Below the pieces are notes generated by a model, which was not told the origin of the DNA, ran no database searches, and saw nothing but the letters and a program-made list of their open reading frames with translations. A stretch of DNA of 32,000 nucleotides, taken from positions 5,079-37,078 of the forward strand of contig JAIQZQ010000131.1 in assembly GCA_021777105.1 (NCBI GenBank), written 5' to 3'. A program made the translations under genes and the position numbers. Within the stretch, counting starts at the first letter, position 1, and every line of letters begins with the position of its first letter. This document shows positions 1 to 7,627 of this stretch, in pieces. Origin of the DNA: Candidatus Anammoxibacter sp. (GTDB taxonomy: Bacteria; Planctomycetota; Brocadiia; Brocadiales; Anammoxibacteraceae).

Positions 1-861
1 AAACCCCAGGCCGAGCACAACTTCGCCTTTGCCCTGTGCCGATGCGGCGCCTTGCCTGATTTCGTGCCCGATTGCGACTTTGGCCACATCCTTGACCCGC
101 ACCGGCACGCCTTTGCGCGACTTTAGCACAATATTCTCAATCTGGCCGATTGTTTCAACGCGGCCAATCCCGTGCACAAGCAGCGATTGGCCCGACGATG
201 CTACCCTGCCGCCTCCGACATTTTTATTGTTTTGCTCAAGCGCTTTAAAGACAGTCTCTAATGTCAGATTATATTTCACCAACAATTCAGGCGATACAAT
301 TACCTGATATTGCCTCTCGTAACCGCCCCATGAATTAACCTCGGCAACGCCCGGAACCTTGCGCAGCTTTGGTTTTATAATCCAGTCATGAATGGTGCGA
401 AGCTCTTCAAGCGAGCGGTTCGGGTTGGTCGAACTCACCAGATAATGAAATACCTCGCCGAGCCCGGTGGCGATCGGCCCTAATTGAGGCCGTTCAATCC
501 CGTCCGGTAGATCGACCCCTATAAGCCGCTCTAAAATAAATTGGCGCGCGTCGTAAATAACAATGTCGTCGTCAAATGTCGCGACTACCTGCGAAAAACC
601 AAACTTTGACACCGAGCGCACGTTAATCAGGCCGGGAATGCCGGAGATGGACAACTCAACAGGCAACGTTATCTGCTGCTCTATTTCCGAGGGGTTAAGG
701 TTTGGGGCCACTGTGTTTATTTGAACCTGGATCGGCGTTGTGTCGGGAAACGCGTCAACCGGAGACCGCAATACCGCGCGCGCTCCCACGCCTATAAACA
801 CCACGAACATAAACATGATAAACAGCCGGTTTTTCAGCGCAAATCCAATAATATTACTCAT
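1..861 (-). CDS. Heavy-metal-efflux RND inner-membrane pump, CzcA/CusA family; N-terminal 287 codons only, gene runs off the left edge
   Basis: Absent from the ORF track because it is open at the window edge. My minus-strand translation from ATG 861..859 reads MSNIIGFALKNRLFIMFMFVVFIGVGARAVLRSPVDAFPDTTPIQVQINTVAPNLNPSEIEQQITLPVE...LGEVFHYLV...HDWIIKPKLRKVPGVAEVNSWGGYERQYQV. This is the characteristic N-terminus and first periplasmic loop of CzcA/CusA pumps. The start overlaps the adaptor stop (ATGAGTAA). Confidence 0.85.
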   Translation of the reverse strand, partial: MSNIIGFALKNRLFIMFMFVVFIGVGARAVLRSPVDAFPDTTPIQVQINTVAPNLNPSEIEQQITLPVELSISGIPGLINVRSVSKFGFSQVVATFDDDIVIYDARQFILERLIGVDLPDGIERPQLGPIATGLGEVFHYLVSSTNPNRSLEELRTIHDWIIKPKLRKVPGVAEVNSWGGYERQYQVIVSPELLVKYNLTLETVFKALEQNNKNVGGGRVASSGQSLLVHGIGRVETIGQIENIVLKSRKGVPVRVKDVAKVAIGHEIRQGAASAQGKGEVVLGLGF

Positions 862-2689
862 GCGCGCACCCCGCCCCCATGCGTGATTTAAGGAACTCCG
901 ACTTTAATGTGAAACTGCCGTTTACCACCACTTTGTCATGGCCGCTCAATCCCGCGACGATTTCAACCTTTTTCATGTTTTTGCCGCCCAGCTCCACTCG
1001 ACGCGCTTCATAAAGATCGTCCGATAATTTGACAAACACAAAAGGCTTCTCGTCAAAACGCTGTATTGAATCCGGCGAAACAAACAACCCATTTTTAGAT
1101 TCAGGCGCCAACACAATGCCGCCGAACATGCCGTCCTTTATTCGTAAATCATGATTTTTCACAACCGCGCGCGCCCGTAACATGCGGCTCTCCTCCTCAA
1201 TGTTTGAGGATAGCCAGGTCAACTCCCCATATATTTTTGCGCCGGGCAGGCTGTTAAAATGCGCTTCAATCTTGTCGCCTACGCTGAAAAAAGCAAACCC
1301 GCCTTCAGGTATGGAAATTTCAAGCCACATTGTCGATAGATCAGCCAGGGAAAAGATGGCGCTCCCCGGCTCAACCGCTTCGCCGATAACCGCGTGCCTC
1401 TCAATAACGGTGCCTGAAAACGGCGCGCGTACCGGCAGCGACGACGAGCTTGATTGTTTCGTGATAATCTCCGCTATCTCATGTTCCGTAAAGCCGTAAT
1501 TTAAAAGCTGTTGTCGTTTTGTGTTAGCGGTGTTTATAGCCATCCTGTGGCCGGCCAGAGCTTCCTGATACTCATGCTGCGAAGATATCCTTTTTTGAAA
1601 AAGCCCTTTCTCCCTCTCATAAATAATCTCTTTAAACGTTTTATCAGACAAAGCGGTTAAATAATCCGCCTTTGCCTTTGCTATCTCAGGCGAGACGATT
1701 TCAACCAAAACATCATTTTTTGAAACACTCTCCCCAAGGTCCACAAGAACATTGCGAATAACTCCTGAAGTTAAAGGCGTGATATGGGCCAGTAGATTTT
1801 GGTTGTAAGCCGCCCTGCAAAGCGCTTCGGGCCCGGCCGTAGCCTCGTCCACTTCCGGGACGGCGGTGGTCACCCCCGCTTTTGCCGCCGAGTTTTCAGA
1901 TTCAAGTCTTATTTTTAAACCCTTGCCCGGCTTAAGCCCGGCCGCTAATTCCGGATGGCATATCCCGCACTCGTTTTCATACATATCATGCTCGTTGCAA
2001 TAAAGCCTTACGCCGCCGGCTCCGTGATCATGACCGTGATCGAGTCCTTGTTCTTGTTCTTTGCCTGAACCTTTATCTTCCAACTCCGGGTGGCATATAA
2101 AACACTCGTCTTCATAAACGCCGTGCGCTTTGCACCATAGTCTTTCCGCGCTATGATTATGTCCGGAGCTTTTATCCTCCAGCTCCGGGTGGCATATAAA
2201 ACACTCATCCTCATAAACGCCGTGCGCCTTGCACCATAGTCTCTCTGCGCTGTGATTATGTCCGTCATTTTTAGCTTCCAACTCCGGGTTGCAGATATAA
2301 CACTCATCTTCATAAACCCCATGCGGCTCGCACCATAGCCGTCCCTCGTTGTGATTATGTCCTTCGCTTTTATCCTCCAGCTCCGGGTGGCATATAAAAC
2401 ACTCATCTTCATAAACCCCATGCGCCTTGCACCATAGCCGCTCCGCGCTGTGATTATGTTCTTCGCTTTTATCCTTCAACTCCGGGTTGCATATAAAACA
2501 CTCATCCTCATAAACCCCATGCGGCTCGCACCATAATCTGTTAGCGGATTTTTCGTCTTTTCCGGTTGTTTCATTATGCGTCGCGTCTCCATAACCGATA
2601 TCAACGCTACCCAATAAATAAAACAGCGCCCCTAATATCAGGCAGGACAAATATATCGGTTTAACAATCAAACTGTTTCTGCGTTTCAT
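854..2689 (-). CDS. RND efflux periplasmic adaptor (HlyD/CzcB family) with an N-terminal array of six Cys/His-rich modules
   Basis: ORF track gives 854..2752. I prefer ATG 2689 for three reasons: MKRRNSLIVKPIYLSCLILGALFYLLG looks like a signal/anchor, AAGGAAAT lies upstream, and 2731-2752 falls inside a 64-bp intergenic tandem repeat. The C-terminal ~360 aa has the adaptor layout (barrel-sandwich halves around a coiled-coil hairpin; APFSGTV motif). The gene sits between the outer-membrane factor and the pump. Confidence 0.85.
   Translation of the reverse strand: MKRRNSLIVKPIYLSCLILGALFYLLGSVDIGYGDATHNETTGKDEKSANRLWCEPHGVYEDECFICNPELKDKSEEHNHSAERLWCKAHGVYEDECFICHPELEDKSEGHNHNEGRLWCEPHGVYEDECYICNPELEAKNDGHNHSAERLWCKAHGVYEDECFICHPELEDKSSGHNHSAERLWCKAHGVYEDECFICHPELEDKGSGKEQEQGLDHGHDHGAGGVRLYCNEHDMYENECGICHPELAAGLKPGKGLKIRLESENSAAKAGVTTAVPEVDEATAGPEALCRAAYNQNLLAHITPLTSGVIRNVLVDLGESVSKNDVLVEIVSPEIAKAKADYLTALSDKTFKEIIYEREKGLFQKRISSQHEYQEALAGHRMAINTANTKRQQLLNYGFTEHEIAEIITKQSSSSSLPVRAPFSGTVIERHAVIGEAVEPGSAIFSLADLSTMWLEISIPEGGFAFFSVGDKIEAHFNSLPGAKIYGELTWLSSNIEEESRMLRARAVVKNHDLRIKDGMFGGIVLAPESKNGLFVSPDSIQRFDEKPFVFVKLSDDLYEARRVELGGKNMKKVEIVAGLSGHDKVVVNGSFTLKSEFLKSRMGAGCAHE
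1937..2539 (-). repeat. Intragenic tandem repeat: five 99-bp units plus a diverged sixth, encoding the adaptor's Cys/His modules
   Basis: The DNA recurs with a 99-nt period: CCAGCTCCGGGTGGCATATAAAACACTCATC(C/T)TCATAAAC(G/C)CC(G/A)TGCGC. At protein level the unit is RLWC(K/E)(A/P)HGVYEDEC(F/Y)IC(H/N)PELEDKSxGHNHSAE. Confidence 0.95.
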
Positions 2690-2730
2690 TTTTCTATTTC
2701 CTTTCAAAATACAACCAATTACCGATCTCC

Positions 2731-2858
2731 TAAATTGGGCGGTTATTATCACCCTCCCCTAACCCCTCCCATCAATGGAGGGGAAATAAGCGGTTAAATT
2801 GCGCGGTTATTATCACCCTCCCCTAACCCATCCCATCAATGGAGGGGAAATAAGCGGT
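2731..2858. repeat. 64-bp tandem duplication (family A) between the OMF and adaptor genes
   Basis: 2731-2794 and 2795-2858 differ at 2 positions. Each contains the hairpin CCCCTCC-CATCAAT-GGAGGGG. Confidence 0.95.
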
Positions 2859-2884
2859 ATACATTTTTTGCTATTTGTCATTGA

Positions 2885-2977
2885 TACCCAATACCCAATT
2901 ACAAATGACCAACACCCAACATCCAATTACTGATCACCAATAACAAATAACAAATAACCGATTACTGATTACCGATC
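2885..2977. repeat. Degenerate heptamer/octamer patch (CCAATTAC / CCGATTAC / CAAATAA units)
   Basis: ACCCAATACCCAATTACAAATGACCAACACCCAACATCCAATTACTGATCACCAATAACAAATAACAAATAACCGATTACTGATTACCGATCAC. This is the same core family as the other heptamer arrays, and it abuts the OMF stop codon. Confidence 0.8.
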
Positions 2978-4250
2978 ACAGAGCTCCAATCACCGATCCG
3001 GTTGCGGTTTCAAGATTAATAATGGCCTTGTTGTAGTTAAGCAACGCGTCCAGGTAAATTGCTTTGGTCTCTATAAGGTTGTTCTGAGTTGTGAGAAATT
3101 CGATAAAATTGATCTTGCCTTCAGTGTACGATATTTCATTAAGGTTTAAATTGTCGTCAACCTGCGGAATTATCTCATTGTTAAAAATGTTGATGGATTC
3201 AACCGCCGTCTTAAATGCGCGAAACGCGGACTCCACCTCATTGTGAATTTGACGCCGTTTGCCTTCTATATTTATTTCAGCTATATCCTTTGCGACTCCG
3301 GCCCTCTTGCGTTCAGACTGCTTCCTGTCCCATATGGGGATGGATATTGACATCTTGCCGCCCACAATATCATCCGAACCCTCCTCCCTGTCAAAAAAAC
3401 CAGACAGTTCAGGATTCGGTATAATTTCAGACCTGCGCAACGATATTTCAGCCGTTGCCGTTTCCCTTTCAAACTCAACAGCCTTAAGGTCAGGCCTTTG
3501 TTTGAAAGCGGCAACCGTTAAATCATCCAGATTTATATGAACCGGTTTATAGCTTAAATCCCCCATAATATTGAAAGGCGCGTCTTTTTCTAAACCAAGC
3601 GCCGACTTTAAATCCATCATGGTATTTTTAGCTTCATTTTTAGCGTTATTCAAGCGTTGCATGGCAAGGCCATATTGAATTTGTATAGAATTTAACTCAA
3701 ACGCTGAAATGGCCCCGGCCTTGTGCCGTTCCCTCATGGCGTCGCGCAGTCTCGCAAGTATGCCTGCTGCCTGATCCCCAAGTTTTACAACCTCAATATC
3801 GGTTAGAGCCTGGTAAAAGATAGATTTAACCTTGGCAATAATCTCTCTCTCTGAGTCCATTATTTTAAATTTAACACTTTCCATGTTCTTATTAGCCACG
3901 CGCAACCGTTTTCGCCTCTGGCCGAATATCTCAACTTCCTGCGACAATGATACGCTGTAATCCGTGTGCCTATCCTCCGGCGAATTTCTTGTCCCTATTT
4001 CCGTTTCAATCCTGGGGTTTGACGGGAAGCGTTGCGACGCCTTTAATAACCGGGCCTCCGCCTCCTCAAACCTCTTTCGCTCCGCCGCGATTTCCAGATT
4101 CTGTTGCAGCGCAATTTCAATAGCCCTGTTAATGCCAACCGGTTCGCCCGCGCCATAGCTGCGTGCGTTTTGCGCGGTTATTTGCAATAAAAGCAAGAAT
4201 GCCGTAATTAGAATATGTCTCAACTTGTGTGAATAATTTTTTAGCTTCAT
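2976..4250 (-). CDS. Outer-membrane efflux factor, TolC/CzcC family
   Basis: 424 aa with an N-terminal signal (HILITAFLLLLQITAQNARS) and long alpha-helical, coiled-coil-rich sequence with two-fold internal symmetry, typical of OMF proteins. It is the first gene of an OMF-adaptor-pump operon. Confidence 0.8.
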   Translation of the reverse strand: MKLKNYSHKLRHILITAFLLLLQITAQNARSYGAGEPVGINRAIEIALQQNLEIAAERKRFEEAEARLLKASQRFPSNPRIETEIGTRNSPEDRHTDYSVSLSQEVEIFGQRRKRLRVANKNMESVKFKIMDSEREIIAKVKSIFYQALTDIEVVKLGDQAAGILARLRDAMRERHKAGAISAFELNSIQIQYGLAMQRLNNAKNEAKNTMMDLKSALGLEKDAPFNIMGDLSYKPVHINLDDLTVAAFKQRPDLKAVEFERETATAEISLRRSEIIPNPELSGFFDREEGSDDIVGGKMSISIPIWDRKQSERKRAGVAKDIAEINIEGKRRQIHNEVESAFRAFKTAVESINIFNNEIIPQVDDNLNLNEISYTEGKINFIEFLTTQNNLIETKAIYLDALLNYNKAIINLETATGSVIGAL

Positions 4251-4498
4251 AGCTTTTTGTTTTAAGGGTTAAGGGCTCGAAAACAAATCAGGTTTTCAAA
4301 GAATAATGTTCGCGTATGTTTCTTTTATGCAATAAAAGAAAACCCTAAAGGGTAAATTCGAATAAACTCAGCATGTTGGAGTTAAGGCTTTAGCCTTTTA
4401 TTCATTAACAAATTTCGAAAACCTTATGCGTGATTAAATTTATAAATTTACCGGCCTGTTTTGGTCTGTTTCCAAATGTAAATACCGCTTTCAAACGC

Positions 4499-4528
4499 CA
4501 CGGCGCGAGGACGCGCCTACACTACATT
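4499..4528. repeat. 30-bp hairpin-containing repeat (family D), copy 1
   Basis: CACGGCGCGAGGACGCGCCTACACTACATT is the exact reverse complement of 10381-10410. The core GGCGCG-AGGA-CGCGCC is itself a hairpin. Confidence 0.9.
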
Positions 4529-4617
4529 TTATATATAGATGTAAATGGACGTTGAGCAAGGATCCACTTTCCACAAACATCGCGGGATAAAATGGATTGC
4601 CGGTAAAAAATTGGAGG

Positions 4618-5076
4618 TCAAATTTGAAGAACTACGTTTTGGATGGACGACAAGCGCGAAAGGTTTTCGGCTGTCAATTGAAATGTCTTTACCGCAGAGC
4701 GGTTGCCGGCATCGCCCGTGTCATGGACGTGTGGAGAGAGAGCAAACGTAAACATGTTTGTAAACGCCTCATAGGCCCTCTCATTTTGTGTTAAGCTTTT
4801 ATAAAGTGGTATTTTAAGGCATGTGCCGCACTCTTTATTCAGCGGAACCGCCCTGAAATTGAAAGATTGAAACAGTTTCGCCGCGTTGTTGGAATTGGTA
4901 CAACACTTCTCTCGGCTGCACAAGTTAACGCCGCTTTCAGCGCCTTTTGCAAAACACACAACAACGCCAGGCGCCAACGACTGCGCCGTAATTGCCAAAA
5001 GCAGCAAACAGACTATCCACCGTTTTGACAATCGTAAAGACCGCGCCGTTGAATTGTTTAAATATTTGATTCGCAT
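4618..5076 (-). CDS. Hypothetical membrane-anchored or secreted Cys-rich protein
   Basis: 152-aa ORF with one N-terminal hydrophobic segment (WIVCLLLLAITAQSLAPGVVVCFA) and several Cys (CSREKCC, ECGTC). No family recognised. It lies 368 bp upstream of the efflux operon on the same strand. Confidence 0.35.
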   Translation of the reverse strand: MRIKYLNNSTARSLRLSKRWIVCLLLLAITAQSLAPGVVVCFAKGAESGVNLCSREKCCTNSNNAAKLFQSFNFRAVPLNKECGTCLKIPLYKSLTQNERAYEAFTNMFTFALSPHVHDTGDAGNRSAVKTFQLTAENLSRLSSIQNVVLQI

Positions 5077-5265
5077 GTATCTCTGCGCCTTAATGAGGAT
5101 TGGTAAAATATCCAGAATCGTGTAATTAAGTTAACATTTTAGAAAGTTAACGGTTTTCTTGTCAAGTTCCAAGTTGAAATTCGTGGTATTTTTGCAAAAA
5201 AGGCAGGGGATTGTTGTAAAACCATAAGTCATAAAACATAGCGGGCCATATGCCATAAACTAATA

Positions 5266-5475
5266 TTATATCTTATCCCAATCCGGGACTCTTTTTTTGG
5301 TTTTTACTTTGTTTAGAACGGAATCAAAGTTTTTGGTTATTTTCTTTTCTTTGCGTTTAAGACCCACTTCCATTAGATATTTGCCAAAAGCGTGAGGATC
5401 ATTGTTAAATCTTTTAAATATCTGGTTACGTGTTTCTCTGATTTCTTCTATAACAGGATCTTTTGCGTATTTCAT
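5266..5475 (-). CDS. Small partner protein of the PIN toxin (putative antitoxin)
   Basis: 69 aa, with a 4-nt overlap with the upstream PIN gene. The N-terminal DPVIEEIRETRNQIFKRFNNDP motif is the pattern I recognise in small proteins encoded immediately downstream of this PIN subfamily. Confidence 0.6.
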   Translation of the reverse strand: MKYAKDPVIEEIRETRNQIFKRFNNDPHAFGKYLMEVGLKRKEKKITKNFDSVLNKVKTKKRVPDWDKI

Positions 5476-5960
5476 ATTCCAGACTCCGTATAATTAGTTA
5501 ATAATTGCCCTGGAGCGCTTAAAATAGGCGTTTCTAAATGCATTCCAGCGTTAATAACGCTCATGTGTTTAAATTTATTTGGATTTGCAAGATGGTTGCA
5601 GTTCCATGTCAGCAAAAAGTCGATGCTGTAATAAGAAGCGTAAGCAAGGTGGTATGCATCGCCGCCGGCTTCATTCGGTAATAGTTTGTTCTTGATATAT
5701 GTCATAACAATATCGTCAATAATAGGCAGATGGTCAAGGTATTCAATATCCTTGATCAACGATATTTTTCTCTTTTGATTTGGGTGTTTGCCTTCTTGTA
5801 GTTCTACACAAACCAGATCGCTGCAAACAAGTTGGTAATATTGGCGATACTGTTTCCACCATAGCTTTGTTAAATTTTGCCATGCAATGGTTTTGACGTC
5901 TGTTCTTGTTTCATAATAGAAACTGGGCACAGACGTTTCAATATAAACAGTTTTTTTCAT
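5472..5960 (-). CDS. PIN-domain protein, VapC-like toxin
   Basis: 162 aa. The N-terminal VYIETSV (acidic residue after beta-1) and C-terminal DFLLTWNCNHLAN are hallmarks of a PIN/VapC-like subfamily (ETS...TWNxKHIAN). It is translationally coupled to a small downstream ORF. Confidence 0.7.
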   Translation of the reverse strand: MKKTVYIETSVPSFYYETRTDVKTIAWQNLTKLWWKQYRQYYQLVCSDLVCVELQEGKHPNQKRKISLIKDIEYLDHLPIIDDIVMTYIKNKLLPNEAGGDAYHLAYASYYSIDFLLTWNCNHLANPNKFKHMSVINAGMHLETPILSAPGQLLTNYTESGI

Positions 5961-6096
5961 ATATTTTAATATACATTAATTTACCCCTTATTTCCATGTT
6001 CAATATTGTAGTAGGCTAGGGCCATATATGACACTATTAAAATGTTAAAACCCCTGTGGGTTCAAGTCGCCTGTATTCGGTATTCGGTAATCTGTT

Positions 6097-6145
6097 TATT
6101 CCCCCTCCCTTGATGGGAGGGGGTAGGGGCGGGTGATAAGAATCG
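6097..6145. repeat. Family-A repeat, inverted copy
   Basis: The reverse complement TTATCACCCGCCCCTACCCCCTCCCATCAAGGGAGGGGGAA matches TTATCACCCTCCCCTAACCCCTCCCATCAATGGAGGGGAA at 2745-2785. Confidence 0.85.
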
Positions 6146-6273
6146 TTAAATTCAGGAAACAATAATCCATATGCTATAGTCATATATATCAAAGCTTGCC
6201 GTATGCCGTTAAACATATCAAACCATCGGCCATAAGCCGTTAAAAATTGTTACCATCAAACAAATCCATTGTG

Positions 6274-6279
6274 TATAAT
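6274..6279 (+). promoter_or_regulatory. Candidate sigma-70 -10 box (TATAAT) upstream of the Rpn-like gene
   Basis: TATAAT at 6274-6279, with TTACCA (4/6 match to TTGACA) 18 nt upstream at 6250-6255. It lies 138 nt before ATG 6417. Confidence 0.3.
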
Positions 6280-6310
6280 TAAACGTTGAAGGTTACAAAG
6301 CAAGCTTGAG

Positions 6311-6396
6311 TTAAGGAGCCGCGCAATGATAACTTGGTCCAGGAGCGCTTATCTGCATGCCGGCTTTGAACAATCTTCAATCAAAGAACATCTCAA
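6311..6396. repeat. Solo left-half copy of the MITE-like element
   Basis: TTAAGGAGCCGCGCAATGATAACTTGGTCCAG...CTTTGAACAATCTTCAATCAAAGAACATCTCAA aligns with 26760-26845 at roughly 75-80% by eye. Confidence 0.7.
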
Positions 6397-6416
6397 TTTG
6401 GCTAAAACTAATCCTT

Positions 6417-7259
6417 ATGGCAAAAACAATTAATTGGCATAAAATAGTACAGAATATACTTGAACAGCATTTAAGCTTGCTGTCCGGCAAAGTTGTTGCG
6501 GCAGGCAGCCGCGAACATCATAATATGATCAGGGTTGACTTCTTTTGCCATGTTAAAGGGGATATTCCAAAAGAGAAATTAAAACCAATAATGCGGCCTT
6601 TTAATCATCTTAAGGAGAGGAATTTAATAGAATATAAAAGTATGCATGACGTTGTTAATGAAAAAATGTTCAGGCATTATGTAAGCAGGGCCTTATATAT
6701 GGAGACTTGCGAAAAACTGCCGTATCAGGGCAAAACTACGTTAACAATTTTCACTACAAGAAGGCCAACGGCCCTTATTAACAAAAAGCGCTATTCTATT
6801 ACCCCTGTCAACGAATGGAAATATCAAAGCAGATGGATTAAAGATCTTGATGTTTTTATCATTGTTCAAAAAGATATGCGGGGAGTTAAAGGCGGCGAGG
6901 CTTTGGCTCTATTACAAATTCTGGAAGGTGAAAAGGGTAAACAGATAGCGTGTTGGGAAAAGCTGTTTGCCCAGGATTTAAACAATATTGATGTGTTACA
7001 AAATATTGCAAAACAGATTAATAAGGAGAAGATAATGAATTTAGTAGAGGAATTAAAGAAGGAAGGCATAAAGATAGGCGAAAAGAAAGGGGAAAAGAAA
7101 GGCGAAATTAAAACGTTTTTGAGAATATTAAGCCGCAAGTCTCCCGAACTTGCCAAGAAATATGAGAGAAAGATTAAATCATCTATAAAGAAGGGCGAGT
7201 TGGAAAAGGCCGAAGAAGAGATGATAAATGAGATTTATAAAGGAGGCAACGGGAAGTAA
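6417..7259 (+). CDS. Rpn-like putative PD-(D/E)XK nuclease with a DUF4351-like C-terminal module
   Basis: ORF track gives 6357..7259. I prefer ATG 6417 (MAKTINWHK) because 6311-6396 is a copy of the left half of the MITE-like repeat at 26763. A D...ExK candidate is present (IRVDFF ... NLIEYKS). The C-terminus EGIKIGEKKGEKKGEIKTFLRIL resembles the EGxxxGxxxGE + LLxxL tail of Rpn/YhgA-like proteins (compare EGRTEGIAEGFEKGKIE in the gene at 13826). Confidence 0.5.
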   Translation: MAKTINWHKIVQNILEQHLSLLSGKVVAAGSREHHNMIRVDFFCHVKGDIPKEKLKPIMRPFNHLKERNLIEYKSMHDVVNEKMFRHYVSRALYMETCEKLPYQGKTTLTIFTTRRPTALINKKRYSITPVNEWKYQSRWIKDLDVFIIVQKDMRGVKGGEALALLQILEGEKGKQIACWEKLFAQDLNNIDVLQNIAKQINKEKIMNLVEELKKEGIKIGEKKGEKKGEIKTFLRILSRKSPELAKKYERKIKSSIKKGELEKAEEEMINEIYKGGNGK

Positions 7260-7488
7260 TATAAGGAGAAAATAATGAATTTAGTGGAGGAATTAAAGAA
7301 AGAAGGCATAAAGAAAGGCAAACAGGAAGGCGAAATTAAAACGTTTTTGAGAATATTAAAAGATAGGTCTCCGGCTTTGGTCAGGAAATATGAGAGAAAG
7401 ATTAAATCATCTATAAAGACGGGCGAGTTGGAAAAGGTCGAAAAAGAGATGATAAATGAAATTAATAAAGGAGGCAATGGGAAGTAAT
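7021..7488 (+). repeat. Tandem duplication, about 240 bp x 2 (7021-7260 and 7261-7488)
   Basis: Both units begin ATAAGGAGAA(G/A)ATAATGAATTTAGT(A/G)GAGGAATTAAAGAA and end GGGAAGTAAT. They differ by a 12-nt indel and scattered substitutions. Confidence 0.9.
7275..7487 (+). CDS. Free-standing duplicate of the Rpn-like C-terminal module (70 aa)
   Basis: MNLVEELKKEGIKKGKQEGEIKTFLRILKDRSPALVRKYERKIKSSIKTGELEKVEKEMINEINKGGNGK aligns end to end with the last 74 aa of the preceding gene. It is preceded by the same AAGGAG-N6-ATG. Confidence 0.6.
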   Translation: MNLVEELKKEGIKKGKQEGEIKTFLRILKDRSPALVRKYERKIKSSIKTGELEKVEKEMINEINKGGNGK

Positions 7489-7541
7489 CACCCTGGGTAA
7501 CTATTCAGCGTATACTCACATGACTATACACACCCCTAAAT

Positions 7542-7603
7542 CCCCTCTTAAGAGGGGACTTTGTGGAAATAAATCCGATTTAATATCCCCTCTAAAAAGA
7601 GGA
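7542..7603. repeat. Two CCCCTCT-loop-AGAGGGG hairpins (family B) between convergent genes; likely bidirectional terminator region
   Basis: CCCCTCTTAAGAGGGG at 7542-7557 and CCCCTCTAAAAAGAGG at 7587-7602. They lie between the stop at 7487 (+) and the stop at 7628 (-). Related copies are at 27058 and 29576. Confidence 0.55.
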
Positions 7604-7627
7604 GAAATCCGCTCTCCGCATTTTGCT

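Noticed and set aside
29-307. 92-aa plus-strand ORF at the left edge
   Set aside because: It is antisense to a region that translates cleanly as a CzcA/CusA-family pump on the minus strand.
2008-2421. 137-aa ORF in an alternative frame on the same strand, inside the adaptor repeat region; also 1182..1499 (+)
   Set aside because: It is a frame-shifted reading of the 99-bp tandem repeat, so the ORF is long only because the repeat lacks stops in that frame. The adaptor frame has the coherent domain structure.
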